Shown in pieces: positions 1 to 10,312 of a stretch of DNA of 64,000 nt; within the stretch, counting starts at the first letter, position 1; each line of letters starts with the position of its first letter. Below the pieces are notes generated by a model. It did not search any database and was not told the origin of the DNA. It saw only the letters and a list, made by a program, of their open reading frames with translations. Position numbers and translations under genes: made by a program. Source of the DNA: an uncultured delta proteobacterium (GTDB lineage: Bacteria > Desulfobacterota > Binatia > JACPRU01); the NCBI GenBank assembly GCA_963745025.1, contig CAVUWD010000017.1, positions 1 through 64,000 on the forward strand, written 5' to 3'.

Positions 1-222
1 TCGACCCGGAGGAGTGGCACCGCATCATGGATCGTTTCTTCCAGATCCTGGCCGAAGGCGTGCACCGCTACGAGGGGACCGTCAATCAATACACGGGCGA
101 CGGGATCATGGCGCTGTTGGGAGCTCCGACGCACGAGGATCACGCGAGGCGCACGTGTTACACAGCCTTGCGCCTGAAGAGGGAGCTGCGGCGCTACACG
201 GAAGGTCTGCAGCGGACGCGGC
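1..222 (+). pseudogene. Fragment of class III nucleotide cyclase domain (DZR-cyclase-STAND paralogue), cut at ~222
   Basis: DPEEWHRIMDRFFQILAEGVHRYEGTVNQYTGDGIMAL, near-identical to 4843-4960; homology stops abruptly. Confidence 0.8.
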
Positions 223-225
223 GGA

Positions 226-1041
226 TTAGCCCTTCAGCAGGGCCGAGATCTCGCGTCCCGTCACGCCGCCCAGCATGACGTCGAACCGCCCTTCCTCGGC
301 GATCTGGCGCGCCGCCGCCACCAGCCCGCCGTACGCCGCCTTCGCCAGCGACCCACCGACGCTGATGCGTCGCACGCCCAGGTCGGCGTACTGGGCCACC
401 GTCAGTGGTGCGAAGCCGGCCAGCACGTTCAGCGGTTTGGGCGCGATCACCTTCACGGCTGCGGCGATGTCCTCGGCGGTCTTCAGGCCAGGCGCGTAGA
501 GGCAGTCGGCGCCCGCCTCGGCGATCGCGACGAGTCGGTCCAGCGCCTGCTTCACATCCATGTGCCCGAACAGCACACCTTCGGCCCGCCCGACCAGCAC
601 GGCGCCGGTCCCATCCGCGTCGATCGCGGCGCGCGCGGCCTTGATCCGCTCGACCGCTTGGACGGTCTCATAGAGCGGCTTGCCGGGCCGGCGGGTGGTA
701 TCCTCGATGGAAAGCCCTGCCACGCCGGCGGCGAGGGCCTTCCTCACGTTCGCGGCGACGCCTTCCGGCTCGTCGGCAAAGCCGTTCTCGAAGTCGGCGT
801 TGAGCGGCAGGTCCGTCGCGGCGCTGAGTTTGCTCAGGTGCGACACCACCTCGTCCAGCGAGACGTCGTAGTCAGTGAGTCCCATCGACCAGGCCATGCC
901 GGAACTGGTGGAGGCCAGCGCCTTGAATCCCAGGCCCTGCAGCAGCCGTGCGCTGCCCACGTCCCAGGGGTTCGGGATCACGAAACAGCCGTCCTCATGC
1001 AGCTTGCGGAACTGGGCGCGTTTGTCGGCGGCGGACGGCAT
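226..1041 (-). CDS. Isocitrate lyase/PEP mutase family protein
   Basis: PNPWDVGSA, STSSG, LNADFENG, GLSIED and ADCLYAPG motifs; ATG at 1041 preferred as start. Confidence 0.9.
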   Translation of the reverse strand: MPSAADKRAQFRKLHEDGCFVIPNPWDVGSARLLQGLGFKALASTSSGMAWSMGLTDYDVSLDEVVSHLSKLSAATDLPLNADFENGFADEPEGVAANVRKALAAGVAGLSIEDTTRRPGKPLYETVQAVERIKAARAAIDADGTGAVLVGRAEGVLFGHMDVKQALDRLVAIAEAGADCLYAPGLKTAEDIAAAVKVIAPKPLNVLAGFAPLTVAQYADLGVRRISVGGSLAKAAYGGLVAAARQIAEEGRFDVMLGGVTGREISALLKG

Positions 1042-1173
1042 CGACCTCTCGCGGATGAAGCTTAACAATTAGATGGGGAGCCAGGAAGCGCGGGCGAAAC
1101 GAATCGGGGCCGAACGCGGTTGAAACCTCGTAGCAAGCGGGCCTAGGGTGGCGATGGTCCCGAGGGCCCAGCC

Positions 1174-4100
1174 ATGCGGTGTTCGGCCTGCGGCTACGAA
1201 AGCCCGAGCGGCAAGAAGTTCTGCGGCGAATGCGGCGCAGCGCTGAAGCTCAAGTGCTCGAGCTGCGGCGGCGAGAACACTCCAGGGACCAAGTTCTGCG
1301 GCGATTGCGGGAATCCGCTCGCCGAGGCTGCAAAACAACCGCCCCCGCGTGAGCCGCGCAGCTACACACCCAAGCATCTGGCCGAGAAGATCCTCGCCTC
1401 GCGCAGCGCCCTCGAAGGCGAACGCAAGCGGCTCACGATCCTGTTCGCCGACGTGAAGGGTTCGATGGATCTCGCCTCCGAGCTCGACCCGGAGGAATGG
1501 CACCGCATCATGGATCGTTTCTTTCAGATCCTGGCCGAAGGTGTTCATCGCTTCGAGGGCACAGTCAACGAGTATCGCGGTGACGGCATCATGGCGCTGT
1601 TCGGTGCGCCGATCGCGCACGAAGACCACGCGCAGCGGGCTTGCTACGCCGCACTCCACCTGCGCGACGCCCTGCGCCGCTACGCGGACGAGTTGCGCAT
1701 CGGGAAGGGGATCAGCTTCGCGGTACGGATGGGCCTGAACTCGGGAGAGGTCGTGGTCGGGAAGATCGGGGACGACCTCCGCATGGACTACACGGCGCTC
1801 GGGCATACGGCCAACCTGGCGGCGCGGATGGAGCAGATAGCGGCGGCGGATTCAACTTATCTCTCCGAGCATACTGCGAAACTCGTCTCCGGCTACTTTC
1901 AGCTCCGCGACTTGGGTGAGACTCGCATCAAAGGATTGAACGCTCCACTGCGCGTCTTCGAGCTCGAGGGAGTGGGGCGGTTGCGGAGCCGCCTTGACGT
2001 CTCACGCGCCCGCGGCTTCACCAAGTTCGTCGGACGCCAGAGCGAGATGGCCGCTCTGGAGGCCGCGCTCGAGCACGCGATTGCGGGAAACGCGCAAGTC
2101 GTCGGCATCGTCGCCGAGCCGGGAACGGGGAAGAGTCGGCTTTGCTACGAGTTCGCTGAGCACTGCCGCGCGCGGGACATCCCCGTCTATGAGGCACACG
2201 GGGTTTCTCACGGTAAGGCTGTACCTCTGTTTCCGATCCTCGAGTTCCATCGCAACGTCTTCGGCATCACCGAGCACGACACGCCGAGGGCGGCCCGGGA
2301 CAAGATCGCGGGGCGGATGCTGCTGCTCGACGAGACGCTCGCCGATGGGCTCCCGCTCATGTTCGATTTCCTCGGAGTGCCCGATCCCGAGCGGCCGAGT
2401 CAGTCTCTCGATCCCGAGGCCCGGCAGCGGCGGCTTCTCGACCTGATACGCCGGATCGCTCGCGCACGCAGTGCCCGGGAGCCGGCCGTCTACCTCTTCG
2501 AAGATCTTCACTGGCTCGATCGGGCGAGTGATGAGTTCATCGAGAGCTTCGTCGTCGAGATCACTCCCGGCAACCGCACGCTCATGCTGTTGAACTTCCG
2601 CCCAGAGTACCACGCCGCGTGGATGCAGAGATCGTACTATCACCAGTTGCCGCTGCTTCCCCTGAGCCCCGAGGAAATCGCCGAGCTCCTCGGCGACCTC
2701 CTTGGAGCCGATCCATCGCTCCGCCGCCTCCGCGAGCTCATCCAGGAGCGTACCGGCGGCAATCCCTTCTTCATCGAGGAGATTGTTCAGTCGTTGTTCG
2801 AGACGGGAGCGCTGGTGGGAACCAGGGGTGCGTACCGACTGGGCAAGGCCACGGAAGAATTCGCCGTGCCCGCGACCGTGCATAGCGTGCTCGCGGCACG
2901 GATCGACCGTCTGCCCGAGCGCGAGAAGCTGCTGCTGCAGACGGCGTCGGTGATCGGGGAAAAGTTCTCGGAGCCGATCCTCCGGAGCGTCGCGGATCTC
3001 GGCGACGGAGAGCTGCCCGCCGCACTTCATGCGCTCACGATCGCGGAGTTCCTTTATCAGGCGGCGCTCTATCCGGAGGCCGAGTACTCATTCAAACATC
3101 CACTAACCCGGGAGGTCGCCTATCGCTCGCAGCTAGCGGACCGAAGAGCCCGCGTCCATGCAGCGGTCGCCCGCGCGATCGAGGAGATCGACTCCGCGAA
3201 GCTCGGCGAGCGGGCGGCGCTGATCGCCTACCACTGGGAGAATGCGGGCGAAGCCCGGGAAGCGGCGGAGTGGCATCGCCGGGCGGCTGAGTGGATAGGA
3301 TTCAACAATTCTGCGGAAGCGCTGCGCCACTGGCAGAGCGTCCGGCAGCTGTTGGACACGCTCCCGGAGACGTCCGAGAACCTCGCGGAGAGAGCCGCCG
3401 TGCGTGCCCAGATCATGAATTATCTCGCTCGTCTGGGCGATCCCGAGGACCAGGCGATCTCGCTCTTTCGAGAAGGACGGGAGCTCGCGGCGCGCAGCGG
3501 GGATCCTCATGTTATCAGCCAAGTCCTGAACGGCTTCGGACAACTCAGGGTGCTCGCCGGAGCCGTCGAAGACGCCCTAGACCCGCTCCTCGAGGCGGTT
3601 CGACGTGCCGACGATACGGACGACAAGGGCTTGAGAGCAGCCGTTCGCTATGCCCTGTCCAATGCTTACTTTTGGGGCGGGCGGCTCCGCGAATGCCTTG
3701 CCGTAGTTGGCCGGGGTTTGGAGGTCGCGGGGGGTGATCTCGGCCTCGGCACCGATCGAATCGGCTTTAGCCCTAGCCTCGGCCTCTCGTGTTGGCACGG
3801 CGCTACGCTCAGTCTGACAGGGCGTCCTCGTCAGGGGGGAGCCGAACTCGACCGGGTGATCGAGCTCGCACGAACGTCTCAGCAGTTGCACCCGCTCTGG
3901 CTCTCGCACGCACTCCACGTGTTTCGGTGCGAGGTCACCGGTGAGGCAGCGCCCGCTCTAGCGCATGGCCGAGAGGCGGTGGATTGCGTGGAGCGCACGG
4001 GGAACCAGAGTGGCCGTAGTCTCGTCTATTTGGGCCTCGGGCTCGCGAACGTCTTGGACCGCGCATGGAAGGATGCGCTCGAAGCGCTCGAGGCGGCGCT

Positions 4101-4536
4101 AGCAATAGGCAGGGGACGGCGGCTGCTGAACATAGAAAGCGCCGTGTTCGCGACGATGGCGGCGGCGCATCTCGGCCTCGGCGATCGCGTCAAGGCTCTT
4201 ACTCTCGCCGAAGAAGCGATCGCAGCCTGTCGCCGCCGAGGTACCCGACTCCTGGAGTTTCCGGGTCAGCTCACCCGAATGCGTGCTCTTCGTGAGATGA
4301 AAGGCGTGCAAGCAGAGACGGAGATCCAGGCAGCGCTCGCCGATGCCGATGCCTGGCTCGAGATGACCGGCGCGAAGAGCTACGAGCCGTTCCTCCACGT
4401 CGAGCGCGCTGAGCTGGCTCGACTGTCCGGCGACGAAACCACCCGCCAGCGCGAGCTTCGCGAGGCGCACCGGCTGTTCCTCGAGATCGGCGCCCCGATC
4501 CGCGCGGAGCAGGTCGCGAAGGAGCTCGGCTCGTGA
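1174..4536 (+). CDS. Double zinc ribbon + class III adenylate/guanylate cyclase + STAND (AAA) ATPase + TPR protein, 1120 aa
   Basis: Four CxxC pairs; FADVKGS, GDGIM and NLAARME cyclase motifs; Walker A AEPGTGKS; Walker B LFEDLHW; GGNPFF; helical repeat C-terminus. Confidence 0.93.
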   Translation: MRCSACGYESPSGKKFCGECGAALKLKCSSCGGENTPGTKFCGDCGNPLAEAAKQPPPREPRSYTPKHLAEKILASRSALEGERKRLTILFADVKGSMDLASELDPEEWHRIMDRFFQILAEGVHRFEGTVNEYRGDGIMALFGAPIAHEDHAQRACYAALHLRDALRRYADELRIGKGISFAVRMGLNSGEVVVGKIGDDLRMDYTALGHTANLAARMEQIAAADSTYLSEHTAKLVSGYFQLRDLGETRIKGLNAPLRVFELEGVGRLRSRLDVSRARGFTKFVGRQSEMAALEAALEHAIAGNAQVVGIVAEPGTGKSRLCYEFAEHCRARDIPVYEAHGVSHGKAVPLFPILEFHRNVFGITEHDTPRAARDKIAGRMLLLDETLADGLPLMFDFLGVPDPERPSQSLDPEARQRRLLDLIRRIARARSAREPAVYLFEDLHWLDRASDEFIESFVVEITPGNRTLMLLNFRPEYHAAWMQRSYYHQLPLLPLSPEEIAELLGDLLGADPSLRRLRELIQERTGGNPFFIEEIVQSLFETGALVGTRGAYRLGKATEEFAVPATVHSVLAARIDRLPEREKLLLQTASVIGEKFSEPILRSVADLGDGELPAALHALTIAEFLYQAALYPEAEYSFKHPLTREVAYRSQLADRRARVHAAVARAIEEIDSAKLGERAALIAYHWENAGEAREAAEWHRRAAEWIGFNNSAEALRHWQSVRQLLDTLPETSENLAERAAVRAQIMNYLARLGDPEDQAISLFREGRELAARSGDPHVISQVLNGFGQLRVLAGAVEDALDPLLEAVRRADDTDDKGLRAAVRYALSNAYFWGGRLRECLAVVGRGLEVAGGDLGLGTDRIGFSPSLGLSCWHGATLSLTGRPRQGGAELDRVIELARTSQQLHPLWLSHALHVFRCEVTGEAAPALAHGREAVDCVERTGNQSGRSLVYLGLGLANVLDRAWKDALEALEAALAIGRGRRLLNIESAVFATMAAAHLGLGDRVKALTLAEEAIAACRRRGTRLLEFPGQLTRMRALREMKGVQAETEIQAALADADAWLEMTGAKSYEPFLHVERAELARLSGDETTRQRELREAHRLFLEIGAPIRAEQVAKELGS

Positions 4537-5848
4537 CCTGCACCGCCTGCGGCTTCGACAACCCCGCGAGCGTGAAGTTCTGCGGGAGCTGCGGGCGTCG
4601 TCTTGCCGCGGGATGCTCGAGCTGCGGGGCCGAGAACCCCCCGGGCTTTCGATTCTGCGGCGAATGTGGCCGGCCGCTCGCCGCCGCCGAACCTCGCGTG
4701 CCGGCACCCGATCCTCGCGCCTATACGCCGAAGCACCTCGTAGAGAAGATTCTCACCTCGCGGGGCGCTCTCGAGGGCGAGCGCAAGCAGGTGACCGTCC
4801 TCTTCGCCGACGTGAAGGGCTCGATGGAGCTGGCCGAGCAGATCGACCCGGAGGAGTGGCACCGCATCATGGATCGTTTCTTCCAGATCCTGGCCGAAGG
4901 CGTTCACCGCTTCGAGGGCACGGTCAACGAGTATCGCGGTGACGGCATCATGGCGCTGTTCGGTGCCCCGATCGCACACGAAGACCACGCGCAGCGGGCT
5001 TGCTACGCCGCACTGCACCTACGCGACGCGCTGCGCCGGTATGCGGACGAGCTACGCATCGGCAAAGGGATTAACTTCGCGGTGCGAATGGGCCTCAACT
5101 CGGGAGAGGTCGTGGTCGGGAAGATCGGCGACGACCTGCGGATGGATTACACGGCGCTCGGCCATACGGCCAACCTGGCGGCGCGGATGGAGCAGATCGC
5201 CGAGCCGGGGAGGATCTACCTCGCGGAGGCGACCGCCCAGATATGCCAAGGGTTCTTCGCGCTGCGCGATCTCGGGCGGCACGAGGTGCGGGGTCTGGCG
5301 CAGCCGGTCGGTGTCTTCGAGCTCGAGGGGGTGGGACGGATGCGGACGCGCCTCGAGGTGTCACGGGCGCGGGGCTTCTCGAAGTTCGTCGGGCGCGAGC
5401 GAGACATGGCGGTACTCGACGACGCGCTCGAGCGGGCGCTTGCGGGAAGCGCACAGGTCGTCGGGATCGTCGCCGACCCTGGAGTCGGCAAGAGCCGGCT
5501 CTGCTTCGAGTTCGTCGAACGGCTTCGAGGGCGGGGGATCCTCGTCGTCACGGGGCACGGTGTTCCGCACGGAAAGTCGATCCCCTTTCTCCCCGTGCTG
5601 GAGGCCATGCGCGATTACTTCGGGATCAAGGAGGACGACGGCGAGGAAGCGGTCCGTGACAAGATCGCCGGACGGTCGCTCCGCCTCGACAAAGAGCTGG
5701 ATGACACTCTTCCACTGCTCTACGACTTTCTCGGCGTCCCAGACCCCGACCATCCCCCTCCGCCAATGCAGCCCGAGGCAAAGCAGCGGCGGCTCTTCGC
5801 ATTCTTGAAGCGCCTGACCCACGCCCAGAGCCGCCGCGAGCCGACAGT
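4533..5848 (+). pseudogene. Second DZR-cyclase-ATPase paralogue, truncated before Walker B
   Basis: Same motifs (ADPGVGKS); homology ends at ...RREPTV and the rest of the ORF is out-of-frame read-through. Confidence 0.85.
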
Positions 5849-5849
5849 A

Positions 5850-6207
5850 AGCAGGTCGAACAGACGAGGCTCTCGCTCTCGTGGCCGAAGCCCTGGCTCT
5901 GGTGGAAAGGCGCGACGAACGCGACTGGGAAGCGGAGATATACCGCGTGAAGGGGGAGTTGCTGCTCGAGTCCGGAGGTTCTTCCGAAGCCGAGACTTGT
6001 TTTCGCCGCGCCATCGAAGTCGCCCGCCGCCAGAGCGCGAAGTCCCTCGAGCTTCGCGCGACAACGAGCCTCGCCCGCCTCCTCGACAAACAGGGAAGGC
6101 GACACGAGGCGCGGCAGGTGCTCGGCGAGATCTACGGCTGGTTGACCGAGGGGTTCGACACCGCGGACCTGAAGGACGCCAAGGCGCTGCTCGACGCGCT
6201 GTCTTGA
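5850..6207 (+). pseudogene. C-terminal TPR fragment of a cyclase-ATPase protein
   Basis: EAEIYRVKGELLL...AKSLELRATTSLARL...YGWLTEGFDTADLKDAKALL is the characteristic C-terminus of this family. Confidence 0.85.
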
Positions 6208-6219
6208 GGTTTTGCAGAA

Positions 6220-6537
6220 ATGAAGTGCCTGACCTGCGGCAGCGAGAATCGTGAGGGCGCGAAGTTCTGCGGCGAATGCGCCGCACCCCTTGCCGCGACA
6301 CTGACCTGCCGGAGCTGCGGCACGCCGAACCCCAAAGGTCGGAAGTTCTGCGATTCGTGCGCACAGCCACTGGCTGAGCCCTCGGCTCCCGATCCCCGCG
6401 CCTACACCCCGAAGCACCTCGCCGAGAAGATCCTGACATCGCGCTCCGCTCTCCAAGGCGAGCGCAAGCAACGCCCCAACGAAGACGAGATCCAACGCTT
6501 CGCCGAGGAGGTGATCCCCACGACCCGGGCACGCTGA
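6220..6537 (+). pseudogene. DZR N-terminus fused in frame at ~6471 to an LLM-oxidoreductase-like C-terminal tail
   Basis: Four CxxC + YTPKHLAEKIL...GERKQ, then EIQRFAEEVIP. Confidence 0.75.
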
Positions 6538-6550
6538 GCGGGGGTGGTGC

Positions 6551-7453
6551 TCAAGCGGGATTGAAGGGCGAGCGCTCGAGCAGCCGGAGGCGCGGGCCGC
6601 CCCGGTCGCGCGCCTCGACGACTTCTGCGATCGCGAAGTCGACGACACGCCCGGCGCCTGCGAACGCGGCAGCGCGGCCGGGGTCCCAATCGACCGCCGC
6701 ACGGCCGGTGAGCTGCAGCGTGTCGCCGCGCTCAAAGTCGAGGAAGAGCAGACCGGCGCGTCCATCGACATGGAGGTTGCCGAGCGTCTGGAACATCATG
6801 TTGCCCGCATAGTCCGGCCACACGATCCGGCTGTCGTCGATGAGCCGGACGAAGCCGGGATTGCCGCCGCGATGCGAAGCGTCGGCCCCGGCCTCGCGGT
6901 GGATGCTCGCCACGAAGAAAGTGTCGGCCTCGGCGATCCAGCGGCGCTGGGTGGGGTCGAGGATGCACCGACGGACGATGATGGGCGGCTCCCTCCGGGC
7001 GCTCGCCAGCGCATCCGCGGCGCGCGCCTGAATGTACTTCGGACAATTGGCGAAAACCTCCCGGGCGACGAGGTCGAAGCCGCCGCGGCCGCGCTCGACT
7101 GTGCCGTTCAGGCGCATGCGCCTTCGGGTCGAAAGCTCGATCGCCAAAAGGCCAAGCGCACCGCCGTCGCGGAGAGAACTCGCGAGCGGATCTCCCGCCG
7201 CCGGCAGAGCGCGCACCCGTAACCGATGGTCGCCCACCGGCTCGAGAAATCCGCGCGGCCCAGTTAGCAGCGAAGCCCACACGGCGCCCTGCTCGTCCAC
7301 GCCCGCGACCACGGCCATCTCGCGTTCGGCGAGAAACGGTTTCGCCGCGGCTGCGATCGTCGGGTGAATGCCGCCGCCGATCTTCCGCGCCATGGCGCGC
7401 ACACCCGCACGCTCCTGCACGGCGATCTCACCGGGATGAAAGGGATCGTTCAC
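6551..7453 (-). CDS. Pyridoxamine 5'-phosphate oxidase family (FMN-binding split barrel) protein
   Basis: PFHPGE, FANCPKYIQ, DASHRGGNPGFV and PDYAGN..FQTLGN motifs; GTG start with GGAGG upstream. Confidence 0.9.
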   Translation of the reverse strand: MNDPFHPGEIAVQERAGVRAMARKIGGGIHPTIAAAAKPFLAEREMAVVAGVDEQGAVWASLLTGPRGFLEPVGDHRLRVRALPAAGDPLASSLRDGGALGLLAIELSTRRRMRLNGTVERGRGGFDLVAREVFANCPKYIQARAADALASARREPPIIVRRCILDPTQRRWIAEADTFFVASIHREAGADASHRGGNPGFVRLIDDSRIVWPDYAGNMMFQTLGNLHVDGRAGLLFLDFERGDTLQLTGRAAVDWDPGRAAAFAGAGRVVDFAIAEVVEARDRGGPRLRLLERSPFNPA

Positions 7454-7946
7454 GCCTCCCCTGAGCATGCGGATGCCCGCAGGCTAAGCCAAGCCCCGGT
7501 CCGGCGCCTGGCGACGCAGGCGCCGCTCAGCCGACCTTAGGCCGCACGCTCCACACCGCACGGAAAGCCGATCGTGCTGCCGGGTCGTTGAGGGGGTCGC
7601 AGGTCGGTTGCACGAGACGAAGGGCGAGTGATCCCGTTCCGCCTGAGACCCGCAGCCTCCTTCTGCCAATCGATCCCACACCTCCTCCGGTGAGTCTTCG
7701 CCACAACATCGCCGAGCACTCGGCAGCTTTGATGCCGAGCACCCCCGACTCCGGAGGACGATACCCGCCCGTCCGTTCTGTGGCGTCGGGCCGCGCTCTC
7801 AATCACCAACAAAGGAGTCCGCGTCATGTCGGACAACTCGGCGGACAAGGGACGATCGGGTCAACGCTCCTCTACGCGAGGGATTTCCGCCCGACGCCCG
7901 GTCATGCGATCTCCGGGTGCGTCGCGGCGATTCCCTCCTCGATTTC

Positions 7947-8576
7947 CTATCTCCCGCTTTTCGACAGGTTCTGCGTCATCAGTTCCGCGACCGCCCTCTC
8001 CGCATATTCGCTCGATTGCCGCAGTTGCCCGATGACGCGCGACTGATCGTCGACGCCCCGGTTCTGGCTGAGCTTGAACTTCGCCTCAAGCCCGGTGACG
8101 TCTATCTCGAAACCGACGATACCCCCGAGCAGCCGCGAGCGTCGCTCGCCGGTGAGGTCCGGCTGCCAGGGTGTCGGGTAGCGGGATTCGTGCACGGCCG
8201 TGAGCCGCGTGACGATGTGTTCCACGCCGGCTGCGTCGTCGATGACACGTGGTTGGCCATGGACATGCACCACCGCGTAATTCCAAGTGGGAACGCCGGC
8301 CGCGCTGTACCAGGCTGGCGACACGTAAGCGTGGGGCCCTTGGAAAACGGCAACCGCCGGACGCCCATCCGCCAGGTACTGCCAATGGGGGTTGGCGCGC
8401 GCCACGTGGCCCGTGAGCCGGCCGAGCGCGCCGACGTCAGCGTCGAATAGGAACGGCACATGGCTGATGAAGGGCGCGCCGTCATGAACCGAGATGAGCA
8501 TTCCGAACGGATGCCCGTCGATGAGCCGGCGCAGGCGATGACGATCATTCTCCTGAAAGTGTTCCGGGATGTACAC
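7947..8576 (-). CDS. FMN-binding negative transcriptional regulator (PaiB family)
   Basis: YIPEHF, GHVARANPHW, HAYVSPAWY, VPTWNYAVVH and KFKLSQNR motifs; AGGAG RBS. Confidence 0.92.
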   Translation of the reverse strand: MYIPEHFQENDRHRLRRLIDGHPFGMLISVHDGAPFISHVPFLFDADVGALGRLTGHVARANPHWQYLADGRPAVAVFQGPHAYVSPAWYSAAGVPTWNYAVVHVHGQPRVIDDAAGVEHIVTRLTAVHESRYPTPWQPDLTGERRSRLLGGIVGFEIDVTGLEAKFKLSQNRGVDDQSRVIGQLRQSSEYAERAVAELMTQNLSKSGR

Positions 8577-8650
8577 GTTATTCTCCTGGGGCGGGGTAGG
8601 GTCGGTGCCGGACCGTCGTTCGGTCATGTCGAGCGCGAGAGCGGCGACGT

Positions 8651-9538
8651 TCAGGTCTGCAGCGGGAGCACAATGTCCGCCAACCAATCGAGATCTGCGC
8701 GCCAATCCGGCGAATCGCTGAGCGAACGCAGCACGAATTTGCTGATACCCCCTTCGAGATGTGCCTCGAGCAGGGTTCGGAGCGCTTGACGGCCAACCGG
8801 GAGAATCTGCGTGAGATCGCGGTCGGCACGCCGTTGTCGCACCGCTTCGACCGCGGCTGCCGGTGATTCGGTCCGGGCATACGGAATGCTGATACCGAAA
8901 TGCTCGGGGTCGATGGTGCGCCCGAGTTCGGCCGCCCGTGCGCTGATCGTCACACGGCCGCGGGCGGCTTCGGCCGGGGTTGCCGCCGCGGTCAGCCAGC
9001 CGTCCGCCGTGCGGGCGACCCGTTCGAGTGCCGCAGGGCCAATCCCACCGAGCCACACCTCGAGAGGCCGCTGAATCGGCAGCGGTTGCAATGCCAGGGC
9101 GTCGAATTGATAGGGACCATGACTGGCCGTGATGGCCTCACCCGCCCACCAGCGCCGCGCCAGCGCGAGAATTTCACCCACCGCCTGCCAGCGGTCACCA
9201 GTCGGGTGACCGAGCGCCGCTCGTTCCGCGGGCTGCCCGAGACCCGGCACGAACGACAGCAGCAGTTGCCCGCCGCTCATTCGATCGAGTTGCGCGAGCT
9301 GGCGTGCGAGCAACCATGGGTTGCGGCCGAGCGGCACCACATTTGCCCCGAGTTTCAAGCGGCGGGTCTGGCCAGCGGCTAACGCGAGGCTGAGCAACGG
9401 ATCACCGAGTGGTCCCAGCGGGACATCGGACAGCCACAGGGTATCGAAACCGAGCTGCTCGCAGGCCGAGATGTAGTCCGGAAACACGTTTTCGTGAAAC
9501 GCCAGGCCCGGAGGAGTCACGGCAAATCGGATCTTCAT
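8651..9538 (-). CDS. LLM-class flavin-dependent oxidoreductase
   Basis: LGFDTLWLSD, LARQLAQLDRMSGG and VWLGG..ALERVARTADGW motifs. Confidence 0.88.
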   Translation of the reverse strand: MKIRFAVTPPGLAFHENVFPDYISACEQLGFDTLWLSDVPLGPLGDPLLSLALAAGQTRRLKLGANVVPLGRNPWLLARQLAQLDRMSGGQLLLSFVPGLGQPAERAALGHPTGDRWQAVGEILALARRWWAGEAITASHGPYQFDALALQPLPIQRPLEVWLGGIGPAALERVARTADGWLTAAATPAEAARGRVTISARAAELGRTIDPEHFGISIPYARTESPAAAVEAVRQRRADRDLTQILPVGRQALRTLLEAHLEGGISKFVLRSLSDSPDWRADLDWLADIVLPLQT

Positions 9539-9824
9539 GTCATTTCTTTAGCGGGACCAGACGGCGGACTCCACCGGCGGGTCCGCGATAGGCGAAGAGA
9601 CGAAGTGAGGCAAAGGAGGGTCGACTTTGGATCGAGACCAGACGAGACGAAGTGCGGCCGAGCAGCTCACGGCCTCTCTGCTCGCGCTTCTTGATGCCGC
9701 TGCCGAGCAGGTTGCCTAGCGCGTCGTCGAGGAGCTTCAACGACGGGAGGGGATTCGAGACCGACGGGAGCGCGACAGTCGACATAAATCGGGAAGCCCC
9801 CTGGACGAGCATCCGGAAGAGAAG

Positions 9825-10048
9825 GTGGCCTCGGTTCGACTACTCACCTGCAGAGGGTTGTTCAGCTTATCGGGATGAGCCGGGCCACTCTTTGGCGAAT
9901 GGAGAGGGAGGGCCGCTTCCCTGTTCGCCGACGGATCGGGATCCGTAGAGTTGGATGGCTCGAGCAGGAGGTGCGAGAGTGGATCGCCCAACGAGAGGTG
10001 GTTCTGACCTGCCCAACCGTTGCCCAACGCCGAGACGGAGCGGTGTAG
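9825..10048 (+). pseudogene. AlpA-family excisionase/HTH regulator, one frameshift near 9855
   Basis: VRLLTCR / VVQLIGMSRATLWRMEREGRFPVRRRIGIRRVGWLEQEVREWI; not in the ORF track. Confidence 0.8.
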
Positions 10049-10130
10049 AACGGTACGGACGGAGTAGGGCGGAAACCTCGACGGCTGTTGCACATCCCCG
10101 GACCCCGCCCTCCCGAACCAGACCGTCCGA

Positions 10131-10187
10131 GGTCTTGAAAACCGGCAGGGCTAACTACCCTCGTGGGTTCGAATCCCACCCCCTCCG
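10131..10187 (+). tRNA. 3' fragment of tRNA-Ser(TGA), att-like duplicate rather than a functional tRNA
   Basis: GGTCTTGAAAACC anticodon arm, long variable arm AGGG-CTAACTA-CCCT, T arm GTGGGTTCGAATCCCAC and 3' acceptor strand; no 5' half, no CCA. Confidence 0.85.
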
Positions 10188-10312
10188 GTTCTTTTCGGCC
10201 AGGGCATCAGCGTCAGCAGCGCGGCTACAGCATGGTCGGCTGACGGGCGGCCAGGATCGAAATCCTCCCGCCTATTCGCTACAATCCGGCTGCCAGCGCA
10301 GCGGAGACGGCC

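Noticed and set aside
1485-5200. Diversity-generating retroelement TR/VR pair among cyclase copies
   Set aside because: Differences are mostly synonymous, not adenine-specific, and no reverse transcriptase is present
10131-10187. tRNA-Sec (selC) next to the selenoprotein
   Set aside because: Anticodon is TGA (Ser), not TCA, and the 5' half is missing
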